From Orbicella franksi (Eukaryota), in NCBI GenBank assembly GCA_964199315.1, contig OZ116703.1, forward strand, positions 3,906,001 to 3,970,000: DNA of 64,000 bases. The letters are read 5' to 3'. A program made the position numbers and the translations under genes. The notes under the pieces were generated by a model, which was given only the letters and a program-made list of their open reading frames with translations, searched no databases and was not told where the DNA came from. Positions 37,440 to 50,664 of this stretch are shown piece after piece. Within the stretch, counting starts at the first letter, position 1. Each line of letters begins with the position of its first letter.

Positions 37440-40400
37440 CTGCTAATGTAGAGTCTCTTTCCCGAAGCGTCGTACTTAAACTCGTCTCCAGGCTCTCAAT
37501 CTGGCTCGCCTTTACAACCTTTTCCTTGACAAGCTCTCGCAGCTCTTTCTCTTTATCTACCATCTGTTGCGCGTTCTTTTCCAGAGTTTCCTCGGTGTCC
37601 TGTACACTGCTCTCAAGAAATTGAATTTGCTGTCTGAGTAGATCTAATTCTTTTTCCTGGCTTTTCTTGACATTCCTTAAGTCCTGCACGGTGTCTTCTA
37701 AATAGGCTTTCTCTTGTTGAATATCCTTCAATGCGGTTTGAAGTATTTGCAACTGTTCTTTGAACTCCACAACTTCATTCCCCAAGTCCTCGATGATTTT
37801 GGGATCGTCAACTATTTCAGGACTGCTCTCGGGTAAATTTCCAGCTTCGACCTTTATTTCAGTTTTTCCATCAACTGTGTCAAAATCGACGTAATTCCCT
37901 TCGCTCTTGCTATGACTTTCTTGAATCTTTTTCTGGGGTTCCTCGTTCTCCCGTGCTATTTGCTCAATGCGTTGGTCTCTCTCAATAATTTCTTCCACCT
38001 TTTGCTCTAGGTTCTTATCTTTCACACTCAGTTTTGTCTCCAGCACTTTAATTTGTTCTTGAAGACGTCCCACTGCTGACTGTTCATCCATTAGTTGTGA
38101 AATGGTTCTGCTGTCTTCTTCAGCCTGATTTTCCAAGTCTTTCACCTTCTCGTCAGCGGCCATGAGCTGTTTTTTAAGATTGTCAATCGTAATTTGTAAT
38201 TTGGAGTTACTAGTTTCCAACCTTTCCTTTTCGAGTCGCGTTTCTGCCTCTTTTATTTTGTATTCTTGCATTGTCTCTTCTCTTTTGCTAATCTCACTTT
38301 GAAGTTCAATAGTTCGACTTTCACGTCTATGTTTTTCTTTATTTCTATCTTCGAGCGCTGCCTGCGTATCTAAAATCTGAGTCTCATAACTTTCGATGTT
38401 GTTGGTCGCAGTGAAGGTTTCTTCTTTATTCTTCTCGAAAGAATTTTTCAGATCAGATATTTCTGCTTCATACTTGATAATTTCCATCGTTGCAGCGAGA
38501 TTTTCTTTCTTCTCCTCTTCGAGCGAAGCTTGTAGATCTGAAATTTGCGTTTTATAACGTTCAATGTCACATTTTAGATTCTGGTTTTCTTCTTTAGCCG
38601 AATCTAGATACTTCTTCAGGTCCGAGATTTCTAATTCACACTCCTTGATTATGTTCGCAGCTGCGACATTTTCTTTCCTCTCTCCTTTAAGCGACTCTTG
38701 GTAATCTGTAATCTGGCTCTTATACCTTTCAATACCGATGGTGGCAGTACGATTTTCCTCTTTAGCCTTCTCCAAAGAATTCTTCAGATCCGAAAGCTCA
38801 GATTTATATCTTTCCATCGTTGTTTTGGTAGCACGATTTTCTTTTCTTTCCTCGTCGAGCGAAGCTTGCAAATCTGAAATTTCGAACTTGCACAACTCGT
38901 ATTCTTTAGATACGTTGGAACTTTCTTTTCCTGATCTGCTAAGTGAAACTCTTAACTCAGAAATTTCGTCTTGATATCTGTTAATTTCTTTCACGTTCCA
39001 ACTGTTCTCTTTCTTGGAATCTTCAAGTGACGCTGTCAACTCCTCCGTTTGATACTTGTACCTCTTAATGTCACTATATACACGCTCGTTTTCCTTCATT
39101 CTTTCATCAAGCGAAGATCTCAAATCTAAAATTTCAGACTTTTTCTTTCGAATTTCTTCTTCGGCATCGACCTTCTCCTTTCGTGTTTTGTCAAGCGAGG
39201 CTTCCAATTTCGAAATCTCTGATTTGTATTGTTCTCTTTCATCCATGGCTTTGCGGTTTTCTTGCTGTGTTTTTTGGAGGTGAGATTTCAGTTCGATAAT
39301 TTCGGACTTCTGCAGTTCAATCTCCTTTTTAGAGGAATTTAGCTCTTTCTTGGAGTTGTCCAGCGATGATTTCAATTCTGCAATCCTTGACTGACTATTT
39401 TCACTTGCTTTTTGTTTCTCTATTCTTGTTTCATCAAGTAATGTTTTCAGTTGCAAAGTTTCAGATTTGAAACTTTCAATTTCCTTCTTTGCTGTTTGAA
39501 ATCCCATCCTTGCTTCTTCAAGAGAATTTTCTAAGTGCTTAATCTGAGAATTGCACTGAATAATCTCCTTAGTTGACTTTTCGTTTTCTCTTTTTGCTTT
39601 TTCCAACGAGGATTTGAGCTCCGATGTTTGGGATTTGAACAGTTCACTGTTATTTTCAAGATGACCTTTTTCTGTTCTTGTCCGATCGAGGGACGCTGAC
39701 AATTCTGAAATTTGTGATTTGTGTCGCTGGACATCTTCTTCGGCTCTTAGTTTTTCTTTCCTTGTTTCCATCAACAAAGTATTCAAATCTGACACTTGAG
39801 TTTTGTACTGAAGAACTTCTCTACCAGCGCAATCCTTTTCTTCGCTTTTTTCGTCCAGGCAGTCCTTCATTTCGGAAAGTTTGGTTTTGTACAATTCAAT
39901 CTCTCTTTCAGCTTTCCGCAGTTCATCTTCCTTTCTGTATAGCTCTGTTTCCAATTCTCTACCATGCTCTTCTGAAGCTGCCAGATCTTTCTTCATGCGG
40001 TCAATCACCGACTCTAACATTGAAATATTTTGCTCGTTCTTGCTTGTTCGCTCCAAAGGTAGCTCATTTGGGACGCCGCGGCCGTCTTCAGTGTCAAAAA
40101 CAAATTCATGACTGAGGCAGTTCGTCTTACTTGCCCTCACAAGCTCTTCTAATGAACGACCTTGTTCAGTGGTCATGTTCTGATTTTCCTTGAAATAATT
40201 GTTGTTGATGACTTCATTCGGTATAGGTAACACGTGTTCGTCTTTCTGGTGTTTAAAATTCTCGAGAATTACTTGTATCTCTTGATCTTGTTTTTTCAAC
40301 TTTTCTTGAAGTTCCTTGTTTCTCTTATCTGCCTCTGCCTTTTCCTGTCTCGCTTCCTCAAGAGACTTCCATAACTCCGATAATCTCTTTGGTGGGTTGA

Positions 40401-42752
40401 AAGGCGCATTATCTTCACCGTCTAAGTAAGAAGCTTTCTTGTCGTCCCATAGTTTCTTGATTTCATTTTCAAGGCTCGCGATATCTCGACCTTGTTGTTC
40501 CATAATTGCCTTCAGCTCTCGATTCTCTTTAGTTAAATTTGCTATTAAAACCTCATCCTTCTTGGAATTTTCTGGTGTGGTGCCAAGTTCTGCTTCATCG
40601 ATGTCAACTTGAACCCCCTTTTCTGCTCTCTGTACTAACCGCACTTCGGTTTTGCTAACTTTACGCTCAACCTTGTTGGCAAAATTGACGGTTTGATCCA
40701 AGGACAATCTTCGTCTTACACTGCGAAGACTTTCAAATGATCGCATTCTTTCGAGCTTTCGGTGTCCACTTCCGCCCACTTGTACTCCTTTATCGACTCC
40801 CAGGGATCCCGTGCCCGGCACTCTGTTGGGTTGCGTGACACTACTGCGTCTTACGGCTAAGAGTTCCTCCTTTAAGTTTGCTGGTTGGATATTAGGAGTA
40901 AAGTTGAGTTCCACTCTGTGTGGTCGATCTTTAACTTTATCTGGTTGTGCTATTTCCTCCCGTTCCCTTGACGACAGTTCGTTCTTAGTAGTCTCTAATT
41001 CTTCCTTCAGATTCGCCGTTTCTTTCTGAGCTTCTTTTAACTGCTCTTCCGTCAATGAAATCCGTTTTTCCTTTTCTGTGAGTTCCTGTTCCATTTTCTC
41101 GTTTTCCAAACTTCTGCTTTCCAAGAGGCTCTCTAGGTTGGAGAGACTGGTGCGAGATTCGATCAGCTCATCTGAGAGCACGAGTTTCTCCTCCAGCATG
41201 GCCGCCATTTTTTGCTTCATTGACAGTATTTCACTCTCCATGGGTGAAATTGGGTTTGTGGAATCTTCACTCCTTCTTTCCATACTGTTAATGGCGCTCT
41301 CAAGGTCTAACTTCTCAACTTGCGATGTTCTTCGGGCTAAACTGATACTTTCAACTTTCGTATCTGCCGTGGAGAACTTCCTAATGGATCTAAGCTTTTC
41401 TTCGTCCTCCCTCTTTGAAACCTGAGCCAATCTTAATTCGTCTGATAAATCTTTGAGCTCGGCTTCGAGGGCTTTAAGCTGCGTTCCTACTTTGTCCTCC
41501 AATCGCTTCGACTCTTCGACATGTAAAGATTGTATCTTTTCCAAACCTTTAATCTGATGCTTCGCCTCTTGCATCAACTTGGACATTTGCGAGCTTTCCT
41601 CGTTCTCTCGTCCCAACCGAGATTTCAAGCCTTCTGTGAGTATTCTCTCCGTAGCTGTGGTGAGTTTTTCAACCGGGAGACTTCTTGTATCCTGGACTTT
41701 ACTTTGCCTGCTTTCAAACGCGTTCTCCACGTCTTTCCGTAGGCTTTCCTTCTCCTCTTCTGATAACAAATACGATGTCTTTCTCATCTTTCTCGGGGAA
41801 ATCAGTCCGTATTTCTTGAACTGTAAATCTTCTTCACTGTCTTCTTGCATTAGATCTTCGAGCGCTTGCTTTTGCATTTGAAACTTCTTCGACGTCACAC
41901 TATGCGTTAAAATCTCATTTTGTAATTGCTGAAGGAAATACCGAAGCCTTGTGCTCTTGTCCACGCTGGTTTGCAGAAGATGAGCGTACTTTCGAACGGC
42001 TTCCGATCGCTGCACCCGAAGTTCCCCGACTTTAGTTTCCTGAATCCGAAGCTTGTTTCGTAACTCGTGCATCTCGTTATGAAGTTTTTTGTTCGATTCG
42101 TTCATCATCTTCACTTGCCTTTCCAGAATCTTGTTCTCTGTCTGCAACGCAGTTGTTTTTGATCGTAGTTTTCTCATTTCATCGTTGATTTTATCATTCT
42201 CCTTTCGTCTATCTACCAGTTCTTGATCCAACAAATTTATCTCATGACGGAGATTTCCGATTGTTGTGTCTTTTGCTTCCGATAACCCTTTCTCGTTCAA
42301 AAGGCTTTCGTTTAGCTTCTTGATGGTCTCTCGAGCTTCCCTCAAGTCGTTAACAGTGTTAACTGGAGATGTTTTCTGGACTAAGGACATTTTGACTTGG
42401 ACAGCAAGTTCCGAATTAACTTTACAATGTAAAGAATCTTTCGGTTTGCTTTCAATTTCCTGCGAGTCTCTTTCGCTTCTCAATTTCCACCTTTTATTTC
42501 TCTTCTCTTGTTCTCCAGAATACCCCTCTGTGCTATCCCTTGTTTCTCGCTGTTCTTTACTTTCAAATCGTATTCTCAATTGCTTCCCGAGTTTTGAAAA
42601 ACTGGGAATCGTTTTTGTTGTCACTGAGTTCCCTCTTAAATCGAGATTCTCTCCCGCTTGGCTCCAAGGCAGAGATTCTTCAGAGCGAGACTCACGTATC
42701 GCCTGCCCGTGTGATAAGGATAGTTCGTGGACTGTACGATGCTGGGACATGT
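37440..42752 (-). CDS. Giant coiled-coil protein, first giant exon (5313 nt) with a 28-residue repeat array
   Basis: A stop-free ORF between the acceptor tttcacag (42753) and the donor gtaaga (37439). The ATG lies 2 nt into the exon, so it is either the start or an internal phase-1 exon. The 28-aa repeats lie at about 38333-39900. Confidence 0.9.
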
Positions 42753-45700
42753 CTGTGAAACATAAGACAAATTGAAGAAGTTAACAATAAACGTATATTA
42801 CGTTTTACCAAATATATGTAGTCTCTTTTGTAAGAAAGAGCAAAATTTCTTTACTTAAGTGTGTGCTTCTAGAAATACGTTACCACTGCTGGGTAATTTT
42901 GGCGTATTATGATTTCTAATATTTAATTCTACATTTCTGCTCAGTGAATCGTGCCGAAAAAAAAAATTGATGTGGAAAAATTAGCAAAAGAAGCCACTCA
43001 CAGTTGCCCCTTAAAAAACAAGTGACAGAGTAATCGACAACGATAGCTAAAAGGCGACAAACGATGCTTATTACATTTATAATCAGTTTTGGCGTTCACA
43101 GATTTTCGAGTGTAAGTAGTCAGTAGAGCATATGAAGGGATTGCGAGCAATACTCTATTTGAATCTGACGGAAAGTATAAAACGCTTGAAAAGTTACCCG
43201 TTCGCAAAAATTTAGCTTAGTATATTATCAATTCAGTGAAGCCTTTGGAGTAAATTAACCGCTGCTTTCATGCAGTATTGACGGTTGTCTACACTTTATA
43301 AGTATTTCAGCTACAGTCTCCCTCATTTTGCAACTGACTGTACTTATGTTTTGCACATTTGAAGGCCGTCGTTTTTTGAAAATTTTACCTTGCTTTTCGT
43401 TAGACATATGGCAAGTGTTTTCTCATATGGCCTCCGACGAAGGAGAATGTTTTCTTTACAAACTAAACTCCAAATAAATCGCGGTGTTATTTGGGCAGAC
43501 ACTGGCCTGTCTGATCAACCATGAACAAAACTGATGTGTTATTTAATATTGTGACTACCCTTGGGGAACCGATTGTCGGAGACCTCGCCCGCCAACCTAA
43601 AAATAGCGAGCTTAGGACGGATTATCGCTCCTAGACGACAGTTTCGAATTCAATAACCTAGAAGCGACATTTGAACAAAGCGCTGGATTTTTGAAAAAAA
43701 AAAAAAAAAAAAAAACACATGCAGATGGGCTAATTTAACTGTATATGAATTTAGGATATAAAAGTTAGAGTTTAATTTAACATCAACTCTCCTCACTTCT
43801 GCAACGTAACAGTTTCTTTTATAGAAACTATTTTTTTTATCATTATTAGCCTACGTGCCAATTTGGTTCCAGTTTACAAAATATTTAGAACTGACATCTA
43901 GGCTTTACGTTTCTGTTATAACGGCGATTTTATAGATATTATCAGAAAACCGGTCAAGCGACTAAACGGAAAATTAACGTTAAACTAAATGAACAGTTAA
44001 AACTATTGAATATTTTTTAGCTGTAGATTTAGCACATAAACGTTTTACAACGCACAAGTTTACACACACATGCAAAATCTTTAACCTGGTGCTGTTTTTA
44101 TGTAGGAGAAGGTATATCCTTCATGCAATTTTGTTTGGAAATTTTGTTTGAATTTTCACCAGCATTGCAATCGATTCAAATTTAATTGCTGGGTCGATAA
44201 AACATTTCTTGAAAAAAGAGCACAACATTCAAGGTTTGCAATCTTTATCAAACTTGATTCCCGACTTGTTCAGCGATAGCAAAACAATTCACGCTCGACA
44301 GGACTTGCTCTTTGTCTACCATGACGGAGTAACAGACAAAAGTGTTGCACTGAATTGCTCGGAACATTGCCACCGATTGGTGACTGTTATGTTAATTGTT
44401 GATTCTTATCACCGTGATAAAAAAAAAATTCAGTTTATATGCTCGGTTTATTTTTGTGTATTTCACAAATAAAGTCTTTCACTCTTGTGTCTTTCTGGGG
44501 GAACAGCATGAAGCTAGAACACACAGTGTTAGACCGAAGACCTATGGCATTGGAACATGTTTTACTTTACTAAATTCAAACAGCCCTCGTTACGCAATTC
44601 TTTAAGGGCATGACAGCACTCATAAAACTTTCTTACATGCAAAATCTCATGTCAAGAGCACTGATGAATATTCTGTGTAACTAACATTTTGCCCACACTT
44701 CAAGATAAATTAGCGTCTCAAAGAATTCAAACACAAGCGTCGCTTATAAATACATGACCCTCGTTTAAAATACCACAACGAATTATGCAATTTCAACTGT
44801 CGACCCTACTAGCTGGATTCTATGAAGATGAAGTGGAATTTGGTAATATATCTTAAGTAACTTTACTCGCTGTGTAATTTTCTCGTTTTACAATCAGACA
44901 CTAGGTCTCTTTAGAAGCCGAACGCAGATACTTCAACTCTCTTTGACAACAAACCGACCGCGTCCTTTTAACTATCACGTGTGTTATATCGTGTCTCAAT
45001 CCTTTAAAGTCAAGAACAAAGGAAGAAAAAGAATTTTTCCTTGACCGCGTGCGGTTTGGCAGAATTACGAATTCGCGATAAATTTTGAGTAACGAAGTGT
45101 CATGATTTACTTATATTGTTCAATTTGTCTGAAAATCGAAGGTGAGCCGACAGCAAACAATATCTGCAGTGACTCGTCAAAGCTATCATAAGTAATCTCT
45201 TCAAACAACAACAGAACTTGTTAGTCCAAGGTGATTGCGCAAAAGCAAGTCACACAGATTCGTATAAATTGTTGTCACTTAAAGTGCAACTTCAATAGCT
45301 CTACGCAGACATCTTATGCCTGGTTTTATATATTCCAATAAATATTACCAACACACCGTTATATTAAGAACAAAGAATTATAAAATGCTTTGTTTACCTA
45401 ATTTCAATCAGATAGTAGTGTTGTAGTTTAAAGCACTTGTTGTCTAGAATCTTCACTCACATTTGTAATCGCTCCACTCCGGAGAAAAGAAAACTTGACC
45501 CAGGAATCTTAAAGTTTGATCTTAGGTTTTTCAGCTCAAAAACATGCTGGGAAGCACGCTGTTAAAATTGTTTCATGCGCTACACACGGAAACAAACATA
45601 GCTGGTTGCATTTAATACAAAGTACTTTATACGAGCTAGCTAAACCAAATATTACTTACATTACATCCTTGGAGTGCTTCATCGTGAGTTCAGCGCAGTT

Positions 45701-46083
45701 GTTCCAAAGGTTCGTCGACGTTTTTTCTTCACTTAAGCTATGTTCGTCTTTAGATGACGCCGAACAAACCGGCGATAAATGGGCCACTTCGATTTGAAAG
45801 GTTACAGCTGAATTCCTTAAGCCCACTACGCATAAACTATGAGTGCATAATTGATGCTTGGTAAAATCAACTTCGTAATTGATTAACCGGGTTGACAGAA
45901 CTCTTAAGTTGACCATCTCAACTTCGTTTTCTTGCTCATGTCTGCTCCTATGAATCTGTGTCTTTTGCAATGTGGTCAAATTTTTGAGGCGCTGTACGCT
46001 AGAAAATTGTTTACGCTTCAATGTTTTTACACCAGTTATGGTAAAAAGCACTAATGATTATTTTGAAGCACATGGCTGGAACA

Positions 46084-46136
46084 TTTGGCGCGTTCCGCGT
46101 TCTCATGGCGGGAATTTGATAACATAATTGGCCAAT
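46084..46136. promoter_or_regulatory. Candidate E2F plus CCAAT promoter cluster
   Basis: TTTGGCGCG (46084), TGGCGGGAA (46106; reverse TTCCCGCCA) and GCCAATCA (46131) fall within 55 bp. A minus-strand gtaagt donor lies about 430 bp downstream, at about 45650. Confidence 0.4.
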
Positions 46137-49100
46137 CAAAGCCTTACAAACTGTTAGCAGTCGATCTTGTGCCTCTATAAAACACAAAGTTACAAAAAAA
46201 ATAAAGATGCTTTCTATGGAATCGAAAATCTTGTTGTGAAATAGCTATATTTCAAAACTGTTTGATAAAGAACAATAGGTAAAAATGTTATCATTCTTAA
46301 GGGTCAGAAGGCATGCTGAACGTGACAGAAAATTTCAAACGCATCTCGACCCTCTCTCGTCATTTCCTGTTTCAAACTGTTCGCTTGAGAGCTTGACCTA
46401 CGAAACAAATTGATTTTACTCACGAAAGCGTTCAGGTCAAACATTTCGCGCTTTTATTAGTTAGCAGTGGATAATAGGCGAGCTGTTAAACAATAAACTG
46501 AGACAAAACAACTCTGTTAATTACACTAAGAATTCCGTTTGCGTTCGCACCTAAGCGTCCTTAGCCAATGAAACCACGCACCAACAATTACCAATTGTTA
46601 CACATCAATGAACTCGACTGGTGGCAAATGAAATCTTATGCAAAAAAATAATAATTAGAATTTATATGCATATATCGTATATATATCGTGAACTGCAAAG
46701 CGAAACACATGGAGTAAAATTCACTCGCAAACAAGAGAAAATCCTCGTTGCACCAATTTTGCGTGGAAACTAAATTCACAAGGTTTTCCAAACTTCAAAA
46801 TGGCTATCAAATGGCGTTGTCATGACGACCAAAATTCAAACATTCGTCGCCACAGGCGAATGCAAATATGATGAAGAAATTTAATTGCAATTGAATTAGC
46901 TTGATTTCGTTCAATTGCTTTCGTTCGCTTGATTTGTTGTAAAATGTAGCTGTTATTTCTTTTTGTATCTGTATTTATGTGTATTGGTGTCAATTTGTTT
47001 GTAATGCCTTGGGTCTTTTCTTCCGCTCTTTTTTCCGCATCACGTCTAGCCTCGTTTAGCGTGCTTTACGGTTTGTGATTATTTTGTTCGTAAAGCCTGA
47101 CTGAGAAATAATAGTTCAATTAATAACAATCTAATGATAGTAATAATAATATCGTAATATCGTTGAGTTCAGTTTTTCTATTTTGACTGACTCCCCATTA
47201 ATTGCATTCTGCTTGTTTGTAAAACCTAATTGAGAAGTAATAACAGCAATCTAATAATATTAATAATATCATAATACTAGTTTGTTGTTGTTAGACCCTC
47301 GCTGAGTTGTCTCTAAGTCCTTGCCGTGAATATCAGCTCAGTATTTTTATTTTTTACTCATCCCCCCTTTATATCTGTATTTTGTCTGGCAGCGTTTAAA
47401 ACGTTGAGAATCGTTTACACTGAGATATGTATCTCCTTTCATTTCAGCAATTTTTTGCTTGTCATAGTTTATCCAAATACGTTGGCGGGCATGAATCAAA
47501 GTGAAAGAAAATTGAAGTTGTGAAGTTTAAATTAGGTGGACAAACTTGCCAAGTTGAAGCTTTAGTGAAAAGATTGTTTTACTTCAACAAGGAAAACGGA
47601 TAGGCCCGCATTCAGAGGATATTAGAGACCTCTGTAGGTAGGCTAAAAGCGGACACCGAAATGGCCAATATTTCAATTTACGGCCATTAAGAGTTCATTA
47701 AGAATTAATGGTTAGTAGATAACAGCTGCCGATGTCCACACACTCACATCTAGATCATATTTTTATCTGAGGGCCTACATCGGGTGTCCGAGTGTAAAAT
47801 GTTGCTACATTTTCACGTCTTATGTTTGTATTATGCCTCACCTCCCGGTCCATTCTTGATATTTTGACTTATATTACCATTTTGCTGTTTTTGTACTTCA
47901 GCAAACTAGTGATTCGAGATTATATTCCCTTAGATACGTAGGCCATTTTGTTTAATTATCAGACATATTTTTTTGAGGCGTGTTACGAAGTCAGTTCATG
48001 TAAAGAACGTACTGTGCTGTAACGCTCGATTTTCTCAAATGACTACATAAAATGCCTGACGAAAAATATCTGTCACTTATGTTGGGTACAAATAGCTGAT
48101 TATCGAGAAGTTTTTTTTTTTTGCTTTATTTTCTTAATCAAACAGACATGCATTTTTAAGGCAGGAGACAGTTCGTCTCTTGCTATGGTCAGGTGATATG
48201 TTTTTAAATAGAAAAACGAAAACACTCTTAAAAAGCTGTCCAATTTTTGTTCTTTTTGTTGAATTTATTCAACGCTTAATGGCATCGTTTCAAATTTCAA
48301 ATGTCATAATTTTTGCCCTAATTTCGATACAAGTAAAAGGATACGAAAACAGGATCTTCTGTGATGGAAGATTTTAGCACCCACGCGATAAAATCTCCGG
48401 CCAATGCATTAGAAAAATTATTTCGTTGAAAAGTTTGCGGTGGTAAACAAGTTTTGTTTCCTGTTATGCTAAAGGACACGGTCCGAATATTGCATCTGTG
48501 TTCTCGACTTTTAAACATTTTATCAGCGTCAACCAAACATGCATAATACTAGTAATTGATCCTCAAATTGTTTGCATTCGATTCGTCGGTTCTTGACAAC
48601 TATCGACCGTTTTACTGGTCATTAAGCGGCTTATTTGAATTTCCAATAGCCTCTTCGAGGACTTGTTCTCAGACTAGGAGACTGCAAAAACGCGAAAATA
48701 TGTCCATATGCAATTAAGGTTAATACCTCTTGGATTACAATGCTTTCTTCAAAACACCGTGAATTTAGATCAAACTTTATCATTTCTCTGCGACGACTAA
48801 GTTTCACTTAAACACTTATCAGTCAACGTTGGTTTTATTTAAATACTCAATTTATGTATTTGTACAAGCTTCCTCATGATTTATGGCGATTATTATCATG
48901 GTCGATGTTGGACTGAAGTTGTGTCACAGAAAGAGATATTCTTGTATAGAACGAACATTATCTTGGCGAAAAAATACAGTGTCACTTTGATTTATACCAA
49001 CTACATTAATTTCTAGGCCAGGCAAGCTTGATCAAGCTTGCACATTGTGATACCACTTTGTCGACTGGCGTTTATTCACTGAAATCCAGCTAATCTTCTA

Positions 49101-50372
49101 TTTACAATGCGGAATTGAGTTAACAAAAACATTCAGAATTTCTACGGAGAGAAATCTAAAAAAATCTGTCTATAGCACTGAAAGAATATTTGTGTGGAGA
49201 CGAACAAGGAAAAACTCAACGAAATATCTAGGCTTAGCCGACAATTAAACCGTGTATATATGACTAAATATTAGTGCCATTACTTTACAAACACATTTAT
49301 TGAAGGAGAAAGTATAATTTAGCCATCTACTTACCAACAGTGCTCGATCGGTTCTGTAGTCGAGAAAGATTCGTGATGTTTCTTTGAGAGCTGTGCTAGA
49401 GTGTTGTTTTAGTGCGGTGCCGTGCGAAACCACTAAATACAAGACTGATCTGTCACTCAATATTGTGTAGTTATGGACTCTTAAAAGCCTTCATTAGCAT
49501 ATTCATGAAAGAGATATTTTTTTCCTTTGACGTCGAACTCTGCGTGGTTTCTACTATCGCAAATATTATTCATGACTCTTGTTTTGAATTACACGTATAT
49601 TAAAATAATAATAGTCTCTCCAAAACAAAACAGAGGAAAGAAGTGCTTGAAAAGTTGATAAGACATCGTGTAAACATTACACTTTTACACCAACCAGATA
49701 TTTCTCTTTCAAATTTGAGGGTTTAAATCTTACATACTAATTAATCAGATCAGTAGGATCCTTTAAAGACAGGAAATTTATCCCAAGGTAGACAGTTTGT
49801 AGACTATTTTCAGTTTTAGTCCTAACTTGTTTAATTAACAAGCCGACCGTTTATCAGCACTGGAAATCGAACATTAAATTGCCTATTTTTGCCCTGAGGT
49901 ATTTCCAAAGATTGTAATTTAAATTTGCATTTAATATCAGTAATTGTTTCAAAATATAAGTTCTAAGAATATAGTAATAATTCATGTTTATATTTCGCTA
50001 ATTCCATACAAATGATCACAAGTATTTGACATTGCATTTCGTTATTTTCATCGCCTGTTACGAAGAATACCGCATGTTACTTTAAAAGCTCGTGCAAACG
50101 AAAACCTCGACGTTTATTGGAGAATATCGAAACCCATTATTTTACTTACGCGCTGTTAAATTGATATTTTATGTTTTGTTCTTCTATCACTATAGTTTCA
50201 ACAACTATTTCTTTTGCTTCTAGCAAGTTGCTGGGTGCCCGGCAATTTCCCGCCAAAATTAAGCTTAATTCCATCCGTCGTAATCACGACCAGCTGCTCA
50301 GCCACCCAGCCACCAACTTTCCCGCCAAAATAATATTACTTGCCTGGACGCCAACCGTACACATTTTTACTT

Positions 50373-50664
50373 TAGGGGTGGACCATTTGAATTTCGAGGG
50401 GGAGCGGTGGGTGATTTGGCATAGGCATGAATTTTTTAACCCTTTCATAAGCATGGAAGTTTGTTTTTCACGGAACGTTTGTATGAATGATATTTTTCTC
50501 TTCGTGTGACAGGCTTTTTTCGGCTCATTGAACGTGACTGCGAACGTGATTATTTTTTTTTGACAGTAGTCGTATTCATGAAATTGTTTTGCACAAGTAT
50601 GCTTGCAGGATATCGTTTTTCGAATTACCCTCCCCCCATCAGAAGTCAAATGGTCCGCCTCCTA
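50373..50664. mobile_element. MITE with terminal inverted repeats of about 30 bp
   Basis: Left TAGGGGTGGACCATTTGAATTTCGAGGGGGAG vs reverse complement of the right end TAGGAGGCGGACCATTTGACTTCTGATGGGGGGAG, with TA at both ends. Confidence 0.75.

Noticed and set aside
27820-42752. Naming the giant protein as myosin, CENP-E/F, golgin or rootletin
   Set aside because: Generic coiled-coil composition gives such resemblances. No diagnostic domain was recognised, so no symbol is assigned.
28039-42775. Numerous plus-strand ORFs (e.g. 29753-30286, 31079-31627, 32633-33151, 42266-42775)
   Set aside because: These are antisense shadows of the E/K-rich coding strand (S/F/L-rich translations) and have no independent coding evidence.
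43694-43715. A22 tract as the tail of a retrocopy
   Set aside because: No TSD or recognisable upstream element or ORF was found.
45656-46051. 131-aa minus-strand ORF as a coding first exon
   Set aside because: There is no recognisable protein, and its phase at the gtaagt donor (2) does not match the giant exon acceptor (1) without an unidentified intermediate exon. It is more likely UTR.
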